Below are positions 55,833-64,000 of a stretch of DNA of 64,000 bases, one piece after another; the stretch's first letter is position 1; each line of letters starts with the position of its first letter. The translations under genes were made by a program, and so were the position numbers. Source of the stretch: the human T2T-CHM13v2.0 reference genome, Homo sapiens; the NCBI RefSeq assembly GCF_009914755.1, contig NC_060940.1, one strand, 5' to 3'. Under the pieces are notes generated by a model. That model had not been told where the DNA came from and did not search any database. It saw only the letters and a list, made by a program, of their open reading frames with translations.

Positions 55833-57897
55833 ACCACTGAGTGCATTATTTCTTTAAGGCCAGAGCGCACTGTACCTGGAGTGAACCTCCGAGCTCTAGC
55901 CCTCTCCCTCCTCCTATAATGGGGGCCCCAATCTCATGCCTTCTCTGTTGATCTCTCAAGCTTCGATGGCACCCATAATGAGCTCTGACAACACTAAGCC
56001 GGTGAATCCCACCTCCCTGATTGAGAGCAAGACGTTCTCTGCACCCCAATGTCCTGGAACTGTCTGGTCTAGGAACCGCAATGGGGTAGTAATGCCAAGG
56101 TTCACCTGAAGCCATGATGACACTGTCTCAAATCCCCTGGCGCTAATCCCCTCTGTGTATGGATGCTGGCTGGATATAGCCACTCTCTTCCATGGACAGC
56201 AGATTTTCTGCCTTGGGACCCAAACCTGGCACCCAGTCATAGCCAAGCCCTTGTCCCAACTAAGCCTCCTTTCCTCCCTCTCCCCACCAGACTCTGCAGT
56301 GTCACACAGGTGTGGATGGCCCACATCTGTCCTCCTTCTCTCTCTAGCACATGGTTCTAGCATGCGGTATGCTATTGTACTGTCCAGATGGGCCACTCGT
56401 AGGCAAAGCTTGCACCTTCTGGGTCCTTCTCCTCATCACTGATAGAAATATTGACCTGGCAGGGCTGACCAGAGGTCAAATTCACTTTCCATGAGACCGT
56501 TTTCAGAGACCACCTCCATCTCTCACCCTGGGACTTCTCTCCATAGGAAGTCAATTCATGAGAGACTGCTCCACAAAGCTTGCTGGGGAGAGAAGAAGCG
56601 AACAGATTCAGGAGGCAGAAGAGTAGAGTGGTAAGTGCCCCCCACTTCAGAGTGAAATAGCTGATGAGTCAGAATTCTGCCTCTAATGTTTACTGTCGTG
56701 AGATTCTAACAGGTTTTGTAGGGAAGATAATAACTCCATGAGAGTTGTAGAAATAGATATGTTGTTATCATGGTACAGGATGACCTGCTGTGTGTGCAGC
56801 CAGATATGAGCACTATGTAGATTTGATGCCCCTTTGATCCTTGCATCTGCCTGGGAACTAGGAAGTATTCCCATCTCACAGATGGGGGAGTCAGGCTCAG
56901 AGAATGGAGCCCTGAGCACAATCATGCAATACTGCATGATTCAATAATGCACGACTCGACTCCGGGGCCAGCATTTGGACCTTGGCCTGAATGGCTCCAA
57001 AGCCCACCCTCTTTCTCCTCTGTCTCCAGCCCACAGTGCCCTCCCTCCTTGCCTGCTTCTCTCACCCATGTTGGGAGGAAATGGCAAGTATAATTCCTGA
57101 ATCTTAAGCTAGGAAAGTCAGGCCAAGAAGTGCAGCAAATATAGTACACATGACATATCTGGTGGGAAGCTAAAAAATGTCAAGTTTTGAAACCATGAAT
57201 TATTTTCCTTCTGTTTCCTCAAATCAGCACAAGCCCATCTGCGTGTGGTTTTCCTCAGGCAATATGCCGAGAACAAGTTTCACCCAGGTCTGCCCCACTC
57301 CCTTAAGCCTTCCATAACACTGTCTGAAGAAGCATAGAAATCACTAGAGTTAGAGCAATGGTGAGTGCTTTTGGGGTAAATTTTGTAAGCCCTGAGAAGA
57401 CCTTGAATCCCTCTTCTAAATACCCCAGGCTGATTGCAGATATCTCTGCTTCATTTAATAAGAAAATATACCTTCATTTCTCGATCAGAAAAAAATAGAG
57501 TCTGTTAAGATATTAAGACAATGTGCTCTAAACTTCTTACTAAGGTGTGAGTGACTGATGTTAGAAAGAAGATCAGGAGAATGTATGTTCAGCACCTTAC
57601 ATACATTCTCCCATTAATCTTCATAGTAACTAATCATGCAGAGTGTGTGCCATTATTACCACTGAGCGGGTTATTTTTTCAAGGCCAGAGCTCACTATGC
57701 CTAGAGTGAGCCTCCAAGGCCTAGTCCCCCTCCTTCCTCCTACAGAGGGGACCCCAATTTCATGCCTTCTCTATTGATCCCTCCAGCTTCAATGGAGCCC
57801 ATCATGAGCTCTGACAATACTAAGCCTTGCCAATCCCACCTTCACCAGGACAGCAAGATATTGTCTGCACCTCTATACCCTGGAACCTGTGCTGGTC
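55833..57897 (+). repeat. Dispersed direct duplication of about 240 bp (55833-56069 and 57658-57897)
   Basis: Colinear blocks AAGGCCAGAGC, TCATGCCTTCTCT, ATGAGCTCTGACAA, AATCCCACCT, CCTGGAAC; roughly 80% identity by hand alignment. Confidence 0.85.
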
Positions 57898-57924
57898 CAT
57901 TCTACAGATGAGGCTCAGCCAGGT

Positions 57925-58579
<655 letters not shown>

Positions 58580-59182
58580 GTGTCTAAGGAAGGAGGCAGA
58601 AATGCTACATGGGCAAAAATCATCCAGAGCGGGCACTAGAGTCCTTGCCTCCTGACAGTTCCCTAGAATATTTTATAGGATCTCCAGGCAAGACCTCAAA
58701 GCTGTTTAAATGCAACAGAACCTTGAAGACATCTGGGCAACCCTTTCATTTTAGAGGTGGGATGGCCAACACCCAGTGAGGGGAAGCAACTTACCCAGAT
58801 CACACAGAATTTAACACAAATCTATTCCCACAAATAATACAGTCAGACCAAAGACAAGGCATGTCCCCTGCCTACCACGGAGTTTACATCACCAGTGCCA
58901 GTCTAGAAGGGATGCTTTCTCTGAGGTGGAAGAAGGTAGGTGTTTGTGCTCAGAGGTTTCAGAAAATCTGATCTGGTTACTCTCCTGCTTAGAAACCGTT
59001 GCTCACAGAAGGAAAGTCATGCTCCATGGTGCAGTGCTTAGGGACTTACACATGATAATGTTCTCCAGCCTTGGAATTTGACATCCGATGCTCCCCAAGG
59101 CACTGTGAATTCCATACACCCCTGAACTTTCCCAAAGCCAAAGCATGCTATGCTGTTGCTGGTTCACACTGGTATACATGTA

Positions 59183-59692
<510 letters not shown>

Positions 59693-59967
59693 CCTGAAAT
59701 GCCCTGTTCTACAGAGTCCTGGCAAACTCCTCATCCTCCAAAACCAGATCAAATTGAAGCTTTTATGAAGAGCCTTGTCTAATTTCTGAAATAGTCCCTC
59801 CCTGGTCAGGACCAGAGTGCTCCGGGCTCTGCTCAGCTGAAACTGTTACGGTATTATAATGTGTTATCAGGAATGGCTTCAATACTGGAATGCCGGGCTC
59901 CCCAGTAGTCATATGGGGAGTGGGAGGATTGTCTGAGCCTCCATTGACAAATGTGTTCATGTATGCA

Positions 59968-60530
59968 TAAATTCATTCAATAAATATGTACTCGACATCT
60001 CTGTGTATAGCATGTATGAGGTGTAGGGTCCACACGCATCAATAGAAAAAACTTGCATGGTGCCTGTTCTCAGGGGGCTTTCAACCCAGGAGAGGGAAAG
60101 GTGTTGTACAAGTCAATAAATAAATAGATGATTTTCAAGTATTATCTGTGCTACAGAAGGAACAAACTAGGTGCTCCAATAAAGAATAATGATGATGGAT
60201 AGTAGCAAGAATTGTTCTAGGAGGTCTTTCAGGGAGGTAACTTTTTAAACTAGGATCTGAGGGATAAGTAGCATCCAGTTGCATGAAGGGAGGGGGTTTC
60301 AATAAGAAAGAGCAGCTTGTGAGAAGGCCCTGAGGCCAGAAAGAGCTTGTCATGTTTGAACTTCTTATAGGAACTGGGTAGTGAAGAAGCACAATAAGTA
60401 TGAGTTAAATATGGAGCCACAAGCAGGGGCCAGATCATACAGGATCTTACCAACTATATTTAGGAGATTATTTGAAATATAGCTGGAGATCGTAAAGGAT
60501 CTTAAGCAGAGAAATGGTGCAATATTTTTC
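59968..60530 (-). mobile_element. L2 3' fragment
   Basis: ATTCATTCAATAAATATGTACT...GAAGGCCCTGAGGC...GGGGCCAGATCATACAGG...TTAAGCAGAGAAATG. Confidence 0.75.
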
Positions 60531-61809
60531 ATGTGCAATCTTTACTCCTGTGTCTTATTAATCTTTGAACCCCCAGCATTCACTTTCAATGCACTTAATA
60601 TTTGTGGAATAAATGATTCTGTCCCTTTATTTGATCCTTGTACCCCCATCTGTAATAGAACCATTGGGACTTCTATCTTAACACACTTTGACTCAGGTAG
60701 AATGGCATCTCAATATTTATGTGTCCCCCAGCTGTTAAAATGTCATCAGAAAGGTATTTCAAACTCATAGAACCCCATTCCTTTTTGGAAGTGGTTCTAT
60801 CTGCAAGAACAGCTGAGATGTAACTTTACAAACTTTTACTAAGTAGCATCTTGGCTTTTAAATTAAATGTCAGCATTGGTTTTTCACTGGGAATCTGGCC
60901 CAGCCTTCTGCAAGGCAAGATCTGGTTGACGACACAGGCCAGACCCTCAGAATGGGGCACAAGAGAAACTGCTTTCAAGGGACACAAGGAGATGGCAGGG
61001 TGCCCACTCCCAACACGCTGATGCTGGGGCACAGGTGGTCCAGCCCAGGGAAGTGTGCATGTGTAACTGAGGGGAGGGAACTGGCAGGGAACAGGGGGAG
61101 ATCTGTCCATTGTCATGATAGAGAAAGTGGTAGAGGGAGAATGTGCTCTCCACACTCCCTGCCCCACAGTCAGCCTCCTTCATCCAGGGAAGACCCAATG
61201 CTGAAGTCTCACAGGGATCCTCTGGTGAGGACTTGAACCCTAGGTACCAAGAAGGTTGAAAAGTCTCAATCCTGGAGGAAGGAAACAAAGAAGGGTGGGT
61301 GGAGGTGCCATTCCTCTTTCTTCTTGGCTGGGAGTTTTCTAGACTTCCGTAAAGTCTGTATCTCTTGTCTCAAGACCCTAGGGTTTCCAAAATTATCCCT
61401 AATTTCTCTAAAGTTTTATAACTTACTACTCTGCCTCTCTTCCTCAACCCACTTCACCCCCAACATACTTTACACTGTAGTCAAACTAGAATACCCTTCA
61501 CTCAAAAACTCCCTTCCTCATTTTTTGTTTGCAGCTCCCAATGTCAAAATTCTTAGCACGCTCCCAGGCCCCTAGGTCTTCCAGCCCCAACCCATCCTTC
61601 CTCTGCACCAATGGGAAGGTGTGCACACCCTCTCCTGATTACCCACTGACCCGCATCTAGTCCTTCCTCACTCCTCGGCTATTGACAGCCTCACCCTATG
61701 GTCAATTCCTTCCCTTCTTGAAAATTCGTCCCTTTGAGAGTCAAGAATGCTAGCTTTCCCTCTGTGAATTCTCTGCAGAATCAACCCTGTTATTGGAAGA
61801 AGAGCAAGA

Positions 61810-62000
61810 CCTACTAGCCAGCATTTCCACAAGCATCTCATTTCTTTTTCACAATGACCCTATATGATAGGTTCTACTATCCATATTTTTAGATGAGGAA
61901 TTTGAGTTCAGAGAGATTAAGCAAAAACCCTAATCATCTAGGTATTAAGTGACAAAGTCTAAATTTAAATCCATGCTCATTTAACTCCAACACTGATACC
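61810..62000 (-). mobile_element. MIR SINE
   Basis: CACAATGACCCTAT...TTTTAGATGAGGAATTTGAGTTCAGAGAGATTAAG. Confidence 0.7.
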
Positions 62001-62800
62001 TCCCCCATATAAGGCTGCTCCAAACAGAGCTACTTAACTTTTTAAGAATATTCATTTCCCTTTCTTTTCTGCAACACACTCTTCTCCCTACTTACTGCAA
62101 AGATCATTGGAACCCACATCTCACACCTTTCCCCCAGCCCTTCCCTGAAATCTGGCGTTTAATGGAAGTGAGCTTGCTAAGCTTCCTGCAAACACTACAG
62201 GAATATGGGACTATTTGGATTCCAAGGGACCAGATTGGACCAGAGGCACCAGAGCAGACTACATCTGCCACGAGTGCGCTGAGACATTTTAGTCTTCACT
62301 CGTTTGAAGATCTCATCTGGAACATTCACAGTCTCAGAGACAGCAAACGTCATAGCCACCAGCAAGGATGTATTTTTGTTTCTCTCCTTCTCCACAGGTC
62401 AGAAGTGGTTAACTATAGCAAGAAGTCTCCTTCTGGGTTTCCCATTGCCAAAAAAATAAAATTTCCTTTGTGAGGCTGGGACAATCTTCATGATTGGGCC
62501 CCTAGTATCTTCCTACAGCTCTGGTCTCTTCCTCTACCGTGTCAGACTACACAGGGGTGGGCTCTGATTATACACAGGGCTGAGACCACCTCCTTTTCAG
62601 GTCCTTGGCATGCATTCAAGCCTCCATACCTCAGGTGGTGCTGTTTACCTTTACCTAAAATCTACTTCCCTCTGTGTTTCTTTGAGAACTTCTTATCTTC
62701 CAAAACCCATCTCATGACAGCACTCTCTTGAACTTTCTCTGAATCTATGTGACTTTGGTGGCAAAATGAATCACTTTGAATGTGATGAGAATATAGCATC

Positions 62801-63240
<440 letters not shown>

Positions 63241-64000
63241 GGACTGTCCTATCATGTAAAGCCCGGTTAAAACACCCAGTTTCTCCAGTGCAGTGTTTGT
63301 GCCTCTAGCAAACATTTAATTTCCATGTTTGTTTCACCAGGGCACACTATGCTCCCCGGCATTTGGTAGACATTCAATCCCTGTGCTTATATTCAATTGA
63401 GGAGGGACATATGTCTTGATTAACACTCACCAGGAAGCCGGGACACCTGGCTCTGCCACAAACAACATGTATGTTCTCACCAAAACCAGTTCCCAGTCTC
63501 AGACAATTTTTTTCTTGATAAAATAGAGCACTAGGGAGTAGATGCTTTCAGGGGTTACTAACAGCAATATGATTCGAATAAACTATGTATTCCACTGTGT
63601 ATTTTCATGGCGGGGAGTGAGGAAGGGGATGAAAAGCTCTGGAAAGATGCAACTGGATTTAGACTCAGAGTTACCAGAAAGCCCCAAAGGCTCAGCCAGA
63701 TTCTTCTGATCCTAAGAACAGGGCCCACTGGCAACCTGATAGCTCATCTTCAGATCAATCCCATTGATCTTGCATTGTAACAAAGCCACTTCCCCTCAGA
63801 CTGTAGCTTAGCGGTGCTTCCCAGGGTTTCCTGCCATCTTGCGTGGCTGCATCTTCATCTTTATGCAGCGACTGAGGGCATGTGAGGCACGGCTTGGCTG
63901 TGAAGGTTTGTCTCTCTGTTTTAATGGTGTGACAGGAACCTTTCTTCCTGCCACAAAACAGCTTTACACCGGGTATGAATGAAAACCTCAATCATCCATC

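Noticed and set aside
54325-56442. Cluster of 100-159-aa ORFs on both strands
   Set aside because: GC-richer, purine-skewed DNA with L2/MIR relics. The peptides resemble no protein family I recognise and no coherent exon structure is visible.
59900-60010. Possible tail-to-tail L2 pair of the miR-28/miR-151 type
   Set aside because: The plus-strand L2 tail is too degenerate to form a convincing hairpin by eye.

Overview
This is primate (human-like) non-coding genomic DNA, either intergenic or deep intronic. No protein-coding exon, RNA gene, CpG island or prokaryotic-type system can be supported. The ORF track is explained by Alu/L1/LTR-derived frames and chance ORFs. Much of the window is interspersed repeat: 15 Alus (J, S and Y types, many with readable target-site duplications), old and younger L1 fragments, L2/MIR relics, MaLR and ERVL LTRs (THE1, MST, MLT1, MER21, MER68, LTR16), an ERV-L pol/integrase-dUTPase relic, and DNA transposons (MER2, MER3, MER5, MER20, MER53). 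Repeat family names come from my recall of consensus sequences and coordinates are approximate. The most notable unexplained structure is a series of local templated-copy events. A 62-bp exact copy of a nearby sequence is pasted into a THE1 LTR (29401/30464). A mosaic of inverted snippets, including a 45-bp inverted repeat, lies at 27174-27544. Two dispersed local duplications are present (53971/55142 and 55833/57658, the latter inserted into a MIR). There is also a perfect 19-bp hairpin with echo fragments (40364) and short tandem duplications (34024, 38012, 22917). Several repeat-free, motif-dense stretches are candidate enhancers. I cannot identify the chromosomal locus from the sequence alone.
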